DNA from: a virus
Lineage: Duplodnaviria; Caudoviricetes
DNA length: 27,602 nucleotides
Direction: 5' to 3' (one strand)
Virus record (IMG/VR): IMGVR_UViG_3300046786_000428
Location: 1 to 27,602 of that record
The stretch's first letter is position 1. Each line of letters starts with the position of its first letter. A program made the position numbers and the translations under genes. The notes below the pieces were generated by a model. The model ran no database searches. It was not told the origin of the DNA and saw only the letters and a program-made list of their open reading frames with translations. This document shows positions 15,760-25,004 of the stretch, one piece after another.

Positions 15760-16938
15760 ATGGCATGTTCAAACGATATCAATAATTACTTCGTTTCCGA
15801 AGCAAATCGTCTCTCTAGCGATACTATGTATCGTAACTGGGCAACCTCTCCTTGGGACACCGAGGAAATTGTTCCTAAGACCCGTTGGCCTGATGGCATG
15901 GGCGCAACCCCGAACTTCCTTACGTTCGAGCGCAGTATGCCTCTTACGACCGGAATTACTTTCCAAACCTACGGCTTCAATGACGGAGGCGAAGGTGACG
16001 GCGGCGGTTCTTGCACTCCTCCTACGGCTACCATTTATCAAGCCTCTACTCGTCGCACGATGAGCTTGAAAAAGGCCGCTGTCGAATCCGAGCAGATTTG
16101 TATCGAAGACGGTCGTATGGCTTGGGAAATCGTCCAGCAGGGTTCGCACATCCTCCGCAACCTTCAGAATAACACCCGCTACGCTTGGTCCGTCCAACGC
16201 AAGACGGAGTTCACTTCGATTTGCTCCAACAAGGCTGTGGCTGACTCGTCCATGACGACCTCTAGCTCGTCCTTTGGCACCGGCACCATCGGCACTATCA
16301 ATCGTGAGATGCTCGACTACTGGTATGACCGCCTCGTTGCTGATGGCGCTCACCAGAACAACGGTCTTGGCACCAACGAATACGGTCAGCCGGTCCTTCC
16401 GCTGATTCTCAGCCGTGAAGCGCAGGCCACCCTCGTCAACAACGAGACGAGCTTGAACAACATCCGCTGGTCGAACAGCGCCGACAAGCTCCTTGGCCCT
16501 CGCGGTTCCTTCGTGAACCTTGAAGGCTTCAAGCACAAGATCGACATTCAGGCTCCTCGCTGGAATCTGGTTGGCGGTGCTTGGGTGTCCGTTCCGTTCT
16601 ACCTCCCCGCCACCTCGGCTGGTCAGGATGCTGAAGTCAATCCTGACTACTACACTGCTCAGTATGAAGACCTCTTCATCGCCAGCAATCAGGTGGTCAA
16701 GTTTGCCATCCCCGGTGCCTCCCTTCAGGCTGGCCCGATGAAGTTCAAGCCGCAGGATTACCTCGGCAACTTCGAGTGGCGCAACATCCAAGACAACGTA
16801 TGCAACAAGGACGGCAACATTGGCTACTTCCGTGGCATCCTCGGCTACGGCGCACAGCCCGGCATCCCTGAATACGGTTGCGTCCTTCGCTTCCGCCGCT
16901 GCCCGATCAACTGGAGCGTGAACACCGCCTGCTCGTAA
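15760..16938 (+). CDS. putative major capsid protein
   Basis: 392 aa, strongly biased codon use, preceded by the scaffold and its own leader, followed by a strong hairpin. Confidence 0.75.
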   Translation: MACSNDINNYFVSEANRLSSDTMYRNWATSPWDTEEIVPKTRWPDGMGATPNFLTFERSMPLTTGITFQTYGFNDGGEGDGGGSCTPPTATIYQASTRRTMSLKKAAVESEQICIEDGRMAWEIVQQGSHILRNLQNNTRYAWSVQRKTEFTSICSNKAVADSSMTTSSSSFGTGTIGTINREMLDYWYDRLVADGAHQNNGLGTNEYGQPVLPLILSREAQATLVNNETSLNNIRWSNSADKLLGPRGSFVNLEGFKHKIDIQAPRWNLVGGAWVSVPFYLPATSAGQDAEVNPDYYTAQYEDLFIASNQVVKFAIPGASLQAGPMKFKPQDYLGNFEWRNIQDNVCNKDGNIGYFRGILGYGAQPGIPEYGCVLRFRRCPINWSVNTACS

Positions 16939-16963
16939 TCCCGCAACGGACCTAACCTCAACC

Positions 16964-17008
16964 GGGCGGGGTCGGCTTTGACAAGAAGCTGGCCCCGCCC
17001 ATTCTCTT
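16964..17008 (+). terminator. GC-rich hairpin after the capsid gene (weak terminator or mRNA stabiliser)
   Basis: GGGCGGGGTCGGCTT(16964-16978)/AAGCTGGCCCCGCCC(16986-17000), followed by an imperfect U-tract ATTCTCTT. Confidence 0.65.
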
Positions 17009-17014
17009 ACCACC

Positions 17015-17275
17015 ATGCTCACCTTTAAAGCCCCCCAAGGATGGGAAATCCCCCAAGACGCACAGCCCGGCAAACCCTTTTCTGCCGTTGGTACCTTCAC
17101 TGTCGATGACGACGGCAATGTTACCTTGACCGAAATCGACGGTTCTGCCATCGAAGCTCCCGAAATGGAGATGGAGATGGAAGTCGAGGAAGAAGGTGAG
17201 ACTCCTGAAGCTGGTATGACGGATATTGAATCCGCCATGAAGCGAGCCGAAGAAATGGGACTCTTTGCCAAGTAA
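17015..17275 (+). CDS. small acidic protein
   Basis: 86 aa, with an EMEMEMEVEEEGE tract. Confidence 0.7.
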   Translation: MLTFKAPQGWEIPQDAQPGKPFSAVGTFTVDDDGNVTLTEIDGSAIEAPEMEMEMEVEEEGETPEAGMTDIESAMKRAEEMGLFAK

Positions 17276-17279
17276 CCTT

Positions 17280-17483
17280 ATGCCCGGCGAATCACAAACC
17301 CTCTTAACACCACCTCCGGTTGACACGCAGCACTTGCTGAATGCCATCCGCGTTGCGCTGGTCAATCTCAATCACCCCGGCACGATCACCTATGATCCGC
17401 TGACCAAACCACCGCCTCCTGTCAGCCCTCAGACGTTGTATTACGCAATTCTTCGAGCGGCTCAGGGAGATGTTCAATCTTAG
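17280..17483 (+). CDS. small protein with two PPPV-helix repeats
   Basis: ATG 17280; TPPPVDTQHLLNAIRVAL and KPPPPVSPQTLYYAILRAAQ. Confidence 0.7.
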   Translation: MPGESQTLLTPPPVDTQHLLNAIRVALVNLNHPGTITYDPLTKPPPPVSPQTLYYAILRAAQGDVQS

Positions 17484-17487
17484 CTTT

Positions 17488-17586
17488 ATGGCTGGCATCA
17501 CACAGACGCTCCCAGTTCCGCCTCCAGTGGATGTGAACACCATCCTGTATAACATCTACCTAGCCATTCTTGCTCAGACGCCATGA
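17488..17586 (+). CDS. 32-aa microprotein with one PPPV-helix repeat (not in ORF track)
   Basis: MAGITQTLPVPPPVDVNTILYNIYLAILAQTP*; homologous to the upstream gene; stop overlaps the next ATG. Confidence 0.7.
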   Translation: MAGITQTLPVPPPVDVNTILYNIYLAILAQTP

Positions 17587-17942
17587 TCCCCGGAACATCC
17601 GCTCAACTTGATGCCAATCTGGCTTACGTCCAAGGCGACACTTGGGGCGGGATTCCTACGATCACCGTTACGCCAGCGCCATCCTATACGGCTGATAGCG
17701 CCATCTTTGCCATTAAGAGGCAGGCGTCCGACATTCAGGTGGTCAAACAACTCAGTTCAGGCGATGGTGAGATTGTCATCAGTGACGACACGAACTGGAT
17801 TTTCACCATTCCGGCGCAAACATTAGCCCTCAATGCAGGAACCTACGTCTGGCAATTCCGAGTCACCGACAGCAATGGAGGCATTCAAACCTACCTCCAA
17901 GGCTCCATGCAAGTTCTCCCACAATACTCCCTCCCAGCCTGA
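17583..17942 (+). CDS. Ig-like beta-sandwich virion adaptor (BppU N-terminal-like)
   Basis: YVQGDTW..FTIPAQT..L.AGTYVWQFRVTDSNG.IQTYLQG.MQV; precedes the fibre gene. Confidence 0.6.
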   Translation: MIPGTSAQLDANLAYVQGDTWGGIPTITVTPAPSYTADSAIFAIKRQASDIQVVKQLSSGDGEIVISDDTNWIFTIPAQTLALNAGTYVWQFRVTDSNGGIQTYLQGSMQVLPQYSLPA

Positions 17943-20900
17943 TGAGCACGACCGTCAACGTAACGACGCCAGCAAGCAAGCCCACCGTTTACGTCACCCA
18001 AGATGGGGATGTGACAGTGGACATCAGCTACAATCCCGTTGGGACCACTTCTGGTGACGTTTATGGGCCTGCATCATCCACGGATAACGCCATCGCTCGC
18101 TTCGATGGAACGACCGGGAAAGTTATCCAAAACTCAGGCATCACGATTGCTGATGGCGCGTCTGGCACTCTTTCTGGCACTAATAGCGGGGATGTTACGC
18201 TGGACTCAACGGTTACGGACATCCTTACCATCACTGGTCAGGACATCTCGGCAGACGATCAAGGCTCTGACAAACTGGTGTTTTGGGATGAATCTCAAAG
18301 CAAACTCACATCGCTAACTGTTGGTAGTGGCCTGTCTATTACTGACACCACCATTACCGCGACCGGAAGTGGAGATGTCGTTGGCCCATCGTCCTCAACA
18401 GACAATGCTCTGGTTCGCTTTGATGGAACTACTGGAAAACTGGTTCAAAACGGGCAAATCACCGAGTCTGACACGGGCGACCTAGCCAACGTGAACAGCA
18501 TCGCGATGGACACGACGCCAACTGGCTCGCTGTCATCTCAAGGCCAGATGATGTGGAATGCGGGCGAGGAAACGCTGGATATTCAGCTTAACGGATTCGC
18601 CCTCCATGTTGGCGAGCACGTCGTTTACCACGTCAAAAACAGCACCGGATCGACCATCGCCAAGGGCGTCCCCGTCATGTTCAGCGGAACCGACGGCAAC
18701 AGCGGCAAGCTGCTTGTGCAGCCGTGGAATGGCACGGGTCCATCCACCTACTTCATGGGCCTCACCGCCGAAGACCTGAGCAACGGCGAGGAAGGCTTTG
18801 TCATCTCCTTCGGCAAACTTCGCGGCATCCAGACCAACGGCGGCAACTACGGCGAGTCTTGGTCTGACGGAGAAATCATCTACGCATCCACGACGACTGG
18901 ATACCTGACCAAAACCCAGCCAGCGGCACCGAATCCACACATTCAAGTGCTGGCGGTTGTAAGTGCCCACGCGAGCAACGGGACTTTTTTCATCCGACCC
19001 ACTCTTGGCAGCAACATCAAGGACGACGAAGGCGTGACGATCACCAGCCTTTCTTCTGGTCAAATCCTTGTGGCAAACGCGGCTGGAACGGTATTCGAGA
19101 ACAAATCCGTCTCGGGCGATGCCACCTTGGCAAACACCGGGGCTTTGACGCTGGCAAACACTGCCGTCACTCCCGGCGCTTACACATCCGCAAATATCAC
19201 GGTGGACTCCAAGGGCCGCATCACTGCCGCTGCAAACGGTTCTGGCGGAGGCTCAGGCACAGTCACCAGCGTAGCTATCTCGGGCACAGACGGCATTCAG
19301 GTGGACTCAGGTTCGCCCATCACGACCTCTGGCACGATTCAGCTTGGCGTGGACGCGGCGACGATGAAAACCACGCTCGACCTCGCTGGCACGAATACCG
19401 GCGACCAGAATGTTTTCTCCACATTTGCGGTATCAGGACAGAGCAACGTGGTCGCTGATTCGACAGCCGACACCCTCAGCCTTGTTGCGGGAACCAACGT
19501 CACAATCACTACGGATGCCAGCACCGACAGCATTACGATCAATGCCACGGATGCCTATACAGGAGACGTGATTGGCCCGGCTTCGGCTGTGAATGGCGAC
19601 TTGGCTGTTTTCGACGGAACGACCGGAAAGCTGATTGCGGACGGAGGCTCGTTTGGCGACAACCTCGAACCTTTTGAGGGCATCAACGTCAAAAACTACG
19701 GCGCGACTGGCGATGCTCTGAAAGTCACGGATGCAGTTCTGAACGGAACAACTACTGTCACTAGCGCATCAGGTAAATTCACCGCAGATGCGGTTGGAAA
19801 GGTAATTTGGGGCGTCGAGACATCTAGTGGAGCCGCCCGCCTTTCCCAAACCACGGTGGCGGCTTACGTTTCTCCAACGCAAATCACCACTACCGATCCT
19901 GCGGCGGGTTCATATACTGGCATTAGCCTTATTTGGGGAACGGATGACACCGCCTCCCTCCAAGCCGCAATGACAGCGGCAAAAGCGACCGGCGAGCACG
20001 TTCACGTTCCGGCTGGCGGATACATCTTTTCCGAACTTCCGTTCGACGCTAACCGGGCATCTGTTGGCAAGGCTTCTGGCGTGATTGGCGATGGCAGCGG
20101 TTCGACTATTTTCTATCCAACACCGGACTACGATTTTGCCAGCACCACCATTGTTACTGGTATCTTTTATCGAGCTAATGGGTCATGTCGTGATGCTCAA
20201 GTATATGGTATTTCGGTTGATGGTTGTTACTATATCTGGTCTGGATCGGACTACCATGTTATTTCTGATGCTGGCGATAGAACACTCATCGAAGATGTCA
20301 GGATTGAGCATGTTAAGGGATTGACATCAATGGCACTCCTCACTGGAACAAGGCTTCATTGTTTCCGTCTCTATGCGGAGGGCGGTGGCTACTTGGGGGT
20401 TTGGGCCAGTGGCGGCAGCTATTACTTCGAGGATTGCTACACCGGCAATCATGCTTACTATGGTCTGCTGGTGGACTCCGTTAACGGAGCCTCGAATACA
20501 GGCATTACCTTCAAATGGTCTGGTGGTATTATTGACGAAAGTGGAAATTCCTCATGCCATGTCACATCAAGCTCTGATGTTGGATTTAGTCAGACAAGGT
20601 TCTTTGGGCCAGTTTCTTATTATGCGTGCGAGTTGGCATCCTCAAGCAACGCAAGGTTTGTTGAGTGTGAGATTATTCCATATACCAATTCCGGTAATCG
20701 CGGTGGTCTTAAAGTCGCTTCTGGCAACACGGCCTTTATCACCAACTGCCGCCTAGCAAGCTCTGGCTCACTTTACGCCCTCGATAACGCTGGCTCCGTG
20801 ATTGATGGCCTCGCAAACACCATTGGAACCATCAATGGCAACGCTCCCTACACACCTGTTTCGCTGCTTCAGGCATCCAATTCGGGCGGTTTCACCATCG

Positions 20901-22765
20901 AAGCCTCCAACGGAACCGACATCGGCAGTTTCGGCACAGCCAACACCGCCAACGTGACTTGGTATGGCTCGCACAACTTCGATGCCTCAACCGCCTCCAC
21001 GATTGCCGGATTCGGTGCAAGTAAGACGCTGGAATCCCTTTCCACGGCTACATATCCATCCCTCACCGAGCTTTCTTACGTCAAGGGTGTTACTTCCGCC
21101 ATCCAGACGCAGTTGAACGCCAAACAGGCGAGTGACGCGCAGCTTACCTCCCTCGCAGCCTTGTCCTACTCGGGCAACGCAGGAAAGGTCGTGGCTGTCA
21201 ATGGTGGCGAAACGGACTTCGAGCTTATCTCAGTTGGCGGAACCGGAACCGTAACCAGCGTGGCGATCAGTGGAACCGATGGAATTGAGGTTGATTCTGG
21301 CTCCCCTATCACCACTAGCGGAACCATCCAGCTAGGCGTCAATGTCGCCACGATGAAGTCCACACTCAATCTGAGCGGGACGAACTCTGGCGATCAAAAC
21401 GTCTTTTCCACCTTTGCGGTAAGCGGCCAAAGCAACGTGGTTGCAGACTCCACCAGCGATACTTTAACATTGGTGGCTGGAAGCAACATTACAATCACAA
21501 CTGACGCCTCCACGGACTCCATCACGATCAACTCAACGGCTAGCGGTTCTGGCGATGTGGTTGGTCCTGCATCCGCCACCGACAATGCGATTGTCCGGTT
21601 TGATTCCACAACCGGCAAGTTGATTCAAAATAGCGGAATTACTATTGCGGACGGAGCAAGCGGAACTCTCTCGGGTAGCAATTCAGGGGACGTTACTCTT
21701 TCCGGCACCCCTGACTACATCACCATCAGCGGGCAAACGATTACTCGCGGCCTGATTGACCTGACAACCGATGTGACTGGCGATTTGCCGCTGTCAAATC
21801 TGGCGCAGGCATCCGCAGCCTCAAAGATTCTTGGGCGTGGCTCGGCATCTGGCGCTGGCGATTTTCAGGAAATCACCCTTGGCTCCGGCCTTTCCATGAG
21901 CGGGACGACACTTTCTGCCTCGGGCGGAAGCTCCAATGTCGATGTCAAGCTCTACACTTCTAATGATACTTGGACAAATCCAAGTCCAAGCACGGCAAAG
22001 CGTGTTTTTGTGAAACTTGTCGGCGGTGGCGGCGGTGGCGGCAGCGGTCGTAAGGGTGCCGCTGGCTCGGTGCGCTGTGGTGGAGGCTCTGGAGCTGCTG
22101 CAAATGTTGTGGAAATTTGGGCGCTAACAACAGATTTTGGATCAACTGCCGGAGTTACCGTTGGCGCAGGTGGCTTGGGAGGCTCGGCAATCACTACTAA
22201 CAGCACTAATGGAAATCCGGGAGGCAATGGTGGAGAAACAACGTTTGCATCCAGCACTGCAAAAGGTGGGAATGGTGGCGGTGGTGGGACAAATGCAACT
22301 GGTTCTGCTGGAACTGGAGTTAGCAATGGATCATGGATTGGTATAACTGTAACAACTCAAATAAATGGAGTTGCGGCTTCAACAACTGGGGGGGCTGGAA
22401 GTCTTACCTCTTACACTAACAACTTGCCATCACCCGGAGGAAGCGGCGGAGGAATTACATCTGGAAATGCCGCGTCTGTTGGAGGTGCTGGCACCACGCT
22501 TGGAAACACAAATATAGGAAATATTTTAGGTGGAACAGCAGGAAGCATCGGCGGAAACGGCGGAAACGGAAACTCGGCTAGAGGCATTGGAACCGGCGGT
22601 GGAGGAGGAGGTAGCAGCATTTCTGGAAATGCAGGAGCGGGAGGAGACGGTGGAGGCTATGGCTCTAGTGGTGGAGGCGGCGGCGCTGCTGTTGATGATA
22701 CTGGAAACTCAGGCAAAGGCGGCGACGGAGCATCTGGTTACGCACTAATTATCACATTTGTCTAA
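17942..22765 (+). CDS. modular tail fibre/tailspike, 1607 aa, with central pectin-lyase-like beta-helix and Gly-rich C-terminus
   Basis: S/T/G-rich repeats; ITVDSKGRITAA fibre motif; INVKNYGATGD..TDDTASLQAAM..VHVPAGGY beta-helix start (~19679); TWTNPS..VKLVGGGGGGGSG..GGDGASGYALII Gly-rich domain. Confidence 0.85.
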   Translation: MSTTVNVTTPASKPTVYVTQDGDVTVDISYNPVGTTSGDVYGPASSTDNAIARFDGTTGKVIQNSGITIADGASGTLSGTNSGDVTLDSTVTDILTITGQDISADDQGSDKLVFWDESQSKLTSLTVGSGLSITDTTITATGSGDVVGPSSSTDNALVRFDGTTGKLVQNGQITESDTGDLANVNSIAMDTTPTGSLSSQGQMMWNAGEETLDIQLNGFALHVGEHVVYHVKNSTGSTIAKGVPVMFSGTDGNSGKLLVQPWNGTGPSTYFMGLTAEDLSNGEEGFVISFGKLRGIQTNGGNYGESWSDGEIIYASTTTGYLTKTQPAAPNPHIQVLAVVSAHASNGTFFIRPTLGSNIKDDEGVTITSLSSGQILVANAAGTVFENKSVSGDATLANTGALTLANTAVTPGAYTSANITVDSKGRITAAANGSGGGSGTVTSVAISGTDGIQVDSGSPITTSGTIQLGVDAATMKTTLDLAGTNTGDQNVFSTFAVSGQSNVVADSTADTLSLVAGTNVTITTDASTDSITINATDAYTGDVIGPASAVNGDLAVFDGTTGKLIADGGSFGDNLEPFEGINVKNYGATGDALKVTDAVLNGTTTVTSASGKFTADAVGKVIWGVETSSGAARLSQTTVAAYVSPTQITTTDPAAGSYTGISLIWGTDDTASLQAAMTAAKATGEHVHVPAGGYIFSELPFDANRASVGKASGVIGDGSGSTIFYPTPDYDFASTTIVTGIFYRANGSCRDAQVYGISVDGCYYIWSGSDYHVISDAGDRTLIEDVRIEHVKGLTSMALLTGTRLHCFRLYAEGGGYLGVWASGGSYYFEDCYTGNHAYYGLLVDSVNGASNTGITFKWSGGIIDESGNSSCHVTSSSDVGFSQTRFFGPVSYYACELASSSNARFVECEIIPYTNSGNRGGLKVASGNTAFITNCRLASSGSLYALDNAGSVIDGLANTIGTINGNAPYTPVSLLQASNSGGFTIEASNGTDIGSFGTANTANVTWYGSHNFDASTASTIAGFGASKTLESLSTATYPSLTELSYVKGVTSAIQTQLNAKQASDAQLTSLAALSYSGNAGKVVAVNGGETDFELISVGGTGTVTSVAISGTDGIEVDSGSPITTSGTIQLGVNVATMKSTLNLSGTNSGDQNVFSTFAVSGQSNVVADSTSDTLTLVAGSNITITTDASTDSITINSTASGSGDVVGPASATDNAIVRFDSTTGKLIQNSGITIADGASGTLSGSNSGDVTLSGTPDYITISGQTITRGLIDLTTDVTGDLPLSNLAQASAASKILGRGSASGAGDFQEITLGSGLSMSGTTLSASGGSSNVDVKLYTSNDTWTNPSPSTAKRVFVKLVGGGGGGGSGRKGAAGSVRCGGGSGAAANVVEIWALTTDFGSTAGVTVGAGGLGGSAITTNSTNGNPGGNGGETTFASSTAKGGNGGGGGTNATGSAGTGVSNGSWIGITVTTQINGVAASTTGGAGSLTSYTNNLPSPGGSGGGITSGNAASVGGAGTTLGNTNIGNILGGTAGSIGGNGGNGNSARGIGTGGGGGGSSISGNAGAGGDGGGYGSSGGGGGAAVDDTGNSGKGGDGASGYALIITFV
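19256..19549 (+). repeat. 98-codon internal duplication, copy 1
   Basis: GTVTSVAISGTDGIQVDSGSPITTSGTIQLGV..DASTDSITINAT; near-identical protein copy at 21245-21538. Confidence 0.9.
21245..21538 (+). repeat. 98-codon internal duplication, copy 2
   Basis: GTVTSVAISGTDGIEVDSGSPITTSGTIQLGV..DASTDSITINST; many synonymous differences from copy 1. Confidence 0.9.
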
Positions 22766-23133
22766 TGCAACGCATCGCTTACATCACGAACGGTTTTATC
22801 ACCAACGTCTCCTTGGCGAAAGACGATTATATTCTCCAAGACAACGAAATGATCGAAACCGATGCTCTTGCTGCTGGTTTCAGCTACTATCAGCCTCCGA
22901 TAGGTCCAAAAAAATGGGAGAACGTCCAAGCCTTCATGGGCGAGTTCACGATGCAGCAAAAAGCTGCGATTGCATTGTCTGTTGATCCCACCGTTGCGGC
23001 TTTAAGGCTTGAACTCACCACTTGGTTTTCTGAGGTTCACGCTGATGATCCCCGTGTTCAAGCTGGACTGGACAAACTGGTTGAGCTAGGAATTATTACA
23101 GAATCCAGAAAGGAGCAAATCGTCACGCCATGA
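22765..23133 (+). CDS. putative tail fibre assembly/chaperone protein
   Basis: directly follows the fibre; FMGEFT..AAI..DP.V..GLD.LV.LGIIT.SRKEQI is typical of post-fibre genes. Confidence 0.55.
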   Translation: MQRIAYITNGFITNVSLAKDDYILQDNEMIETDALAAGFSYYQPPIGPKKWENVQAFMGEFTMQQKAAIALSVDPTVAALRLELTTWFSEVHADDPRVQAGLDKLVELGIITESRKEQIVTP

Positions 23134-23588
23134 AAATCCCCCTCGATACCCAGCATTTTGACCTGCCCGTAGCCTTGGCATACCAAATTGCCGGTGCTCT
23201 TATCTCAGGGTTAGGTATAATTGCCACGACAGCTTACGGGTGTTATGCTAAAATCGCCGCGATTTCACCGGAGGAACTTGCCCTCCAACCTCTGCATGTT
23301 GTGTTGATCTTGTTCATTGTCGCCCTAGCTACTTTTATCGCCCTGATACTCCGGGCGGTGTGGGGCAAAGGTCTTTCTACAATGAACAGGTTTGCTGATT
23401 GTTTGGACGAGCTTACAAAGCTGCTCAAAGATATTGAAAGGGGAATCAAAGACCTTCAAGAGGATCAGAAGAATTCCCTCAGGGATTTCCAAAACCTGTC
23501 ACTTGATGCCCTGAAGGGAGCCTCAAAGGCTTCCAAAAACGACGACTTGACACAGCAAAATCATAAACGTAAGGTTACCTCACCATGA
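23130..23588 (+). CDS. two-TM membrane protein with C-terminal coiled coil (holin/antiholin-like)
   Basis: hydrophobic segments LAYQIAGALISGLGIIA and VVLILFIVALATFIALILRAVW; sits upstream of the lysis genes. Confidence 0.55.
   Translation: MKIPLDTQHFDLPVALAYQIAGALISGLGIIATTAYGCYAKIAAISPEELALQPLHVVLILFIVALATFIALILRAVWGKGLSTMNRFADCLDELTKLLKDIERGIKDLQEDQKNSLRDFQNLSLDALKGASKASKNDDLTQQNHKRKVTSP
23547..23575 (+). promoter_or_regulatory. sigma70-like promoter for the lysis genes, near-leaderless
   Basis: TTGACA(23547-23552)-17 nt-TAAGGT(23570-23575); ATG at 23585. Confidence 0.7.
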
Positions 23589-23770
23589 GTATTATCACTT
23601 ACATCTCTTCTCACTGGGTTGAAATCGGCGCTGCAATCGGCCTCATCATGGGCGGTGCTCGCATCATCGTGAAGCTCACTCCGACTCCAAAGGATGACAC
23701 CATTCTCGAAAAGATCATCGGGATGCTTCGCCACGTTGGCCTTAACGTCACCGACAAGAAGCCGGAATGA
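23585..23770 (+). CDS. putative small holin
   Basis: single TM followed by IVKLTPTPKDD, a motif of small phage holin-like proteins. Confidence 0.6.
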   Translation: MSIITYISSHWVEIGAAIGLIMGGARIIVKLTPTPKDDTILEKIIGMLRHVGLNVTDKKPE

Positions 23771-24006
23771 CCATTCTAGCCGCCATCACTGCCGCTCTCG
23801 AAGCCTTTGCCCAAGCGGCGAAGGCTTTTCCTTTGTGGCTCCAGTGGCAATCGACCAAGGAATGCGAGCAGCTAACCGAACAAATCCTCGACCATGAAAA
23901 CAAAGGCACTCCTCTTGATCGTAGCATCGCTGACAGGCTGCGCTCAAACCTCGCCTACCGTCGCCAACTCAATGCAACTTTACAGTCCCGACACGCTGGA
24001 GATTGA
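23767..24006 (+). CDS. putative i-spanin-like protein
   Basis: Ala-rich hydrophobic N-terminus plus helical remainder; overlapped by a lipoprotein gene in another frame. Confidence 0.45.
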   Translation: MTILAAITAALEAFAQAAKAFPLWLQWQSTKECEQLTEQILDHENKGTPLDRSIADRLRSNLAYRRQLNATLQSRHAGD

Positions 24007-24121
24007 GGCCGGAACGACCATTCAGGCCAAGAACGGCGTTTACAAGGCGCAGGTGGACGAGCGGTGGTATTCGGCAGACCTTTACATGAAGCGCGTGATG
24101 GAATCCTTGAACCCAAAATGA
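23894..24121 (+). CDS. lipoprotein, putative o-spanin (Rz1-like)
   Basis: MKTKALLLIVASLTG-C lipobox; overlaps the 3' 113 nt of 23767-24006 in the +1 frame. Confidence 0.62.
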   Translation: MKTKALLLIVASLTGCAQTSPTVANSMQLYSPDTLEIEAGTTIQAKNGVYKAQVDERWYSADLYMKRVMESLNPK

Positions 24122-24219
24122 TCGCCGATTTCTCGCCCTCGATGTTTGCCGGACTACTGTTTACCGCAGTTGTGCTTGTGATTTGGGGGCTGATAATCAT
24201 CAAGAATCCGAAGTTATGA
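24118..24219 (+). CDS. 33-aa single-TM microprotein (not in ORF track)
   Basis: MIADFSPSMFAGLLFTAVVLVIWGLIIIKNPKL*; ATGA overlaps at both ends. Confidence 0.65.
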   Translation: MIADFSPSMFAGLLFTAVVLVIWGLIIIKNPKL

Positions 24220-24797
24220 ACATCACTAAAGACCACTGGCTTGAAGGCGTGAAGCGTGACGTGATTGCGGGCGGCTCACCGATGCCCATCCGGCGCTTCC
24301 TTGTCATACATTTTACATCAGGAGCAACCGCACAGTCCTCCGTCAATTTCTGGAAGACGCCAGCCGCAAAAGGCGCTTCCGCTCACATCGTTATCGACCG
24401 TGATGGCTCCATCATCCAGTGTCGCCCATTCAACACGGTTTGTGGGCACGCTGGCAAATCGAAATGGAAGGGTTTTAACGGCCTCAATAGCTGCTCGATT
24501 GGTATCGAACTGGCAAACGCTGGCGATGATGCTAAACTGGCTTCTAGGTGGACTAAATTGCCGCTGGTAAAAGCTCGCCACAAGAACGGCGGACCTGTTA
24601 CGGAATGGGAGGCGTATCCCGAGGCTCAAATCAAAGCCTGCACAGAGCTGGCCCAAGCCCTCGTCAAACGCTACAATCTTGATGACGTGATTGGTCACGA
24701 CGACATCGCTCCAGATCGCAAGGTTGATCCGGGTCCGGCATTCCCAATGGGACAGCTTCGCGTTGCGTGTGGATTTCCCGCTGAAATCAAGAAATGA
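24216..24797 (+). CDS. endolysin, N-acetylmuramoyl-L-alanine amidase (Amidase_2)
   Basis: FLVIHFTSG..ASAHIVIDRDG..HAGKS..NSCSIGIELAN..VIGHDDIAPDRKVDPGPAFP; ATG 24216. Confidence 0.93.
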   Translation: MNITKDHWLEGVKRDVIAGGSPMPIRRFLVIHFTSGATAQSSVNFWKTPAAKGASAHIVIDRDGSIIQCRPFNTVCGHAGKSKWKGFNGLNSCSIGIELANAGDDAKLASRWTKLPLVKARHKNGGPVTEWEAYPEAQIKACTELAQALVKRYNLDDVIGHDDIAPDRKVDPGPAFPMGQLRVACGFPAEIKK

Positions 24798-24985
24798 CCC
24801 CAATCGAGCACCTCATGCAAGACTTCAACAAAACCGCTCCCGTCTGCCGCCAGCACAAGGAGCGGCCCAAGATTAGCTTTGACGGCGTGTGGTTTATCGA
24901 GTGCGGCAAAGGCTGCTCAATGCACGATGGCGACAATCCCGGCGTGACGCCAATTATGGTTCGATGGGTGGAGGAGATGAGGTAG
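24794..24985 (+). CDS. small Cys/His-containing protein (possible zinc ribbon)
   Basis: CRQH..WFIECGKGC; ATGA coupled to the endolysin. Confidence 0.6.
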   Translation: MTPIEHLMQDFNKTAPVCRQHKERPKISFDGVWFIECGKGCSMHDGDNPGVTPIMVRWVEEMR

Positions 24986-25004
24986 CTCGCCTCGGTAATT
25001 GCAA

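Noticed and set aside
15769-17271. 500-aa minus-strand ORF
   Set aside because: Antisense to the capsid gene and runs through its hairpin; shadow ORF.
17481-17490. Stop-codon read-through joining the two PPPV genes
   Set aside because: The second ORF is in a different frame and has its own ATG.
19256-21538. Diversity-generating retroelement TR/VR pair
   Set aside because: Both copies are coding and in frame, differences are mostly synonymous rather than adenine-specific, and no reverse transcriptase is in the window.
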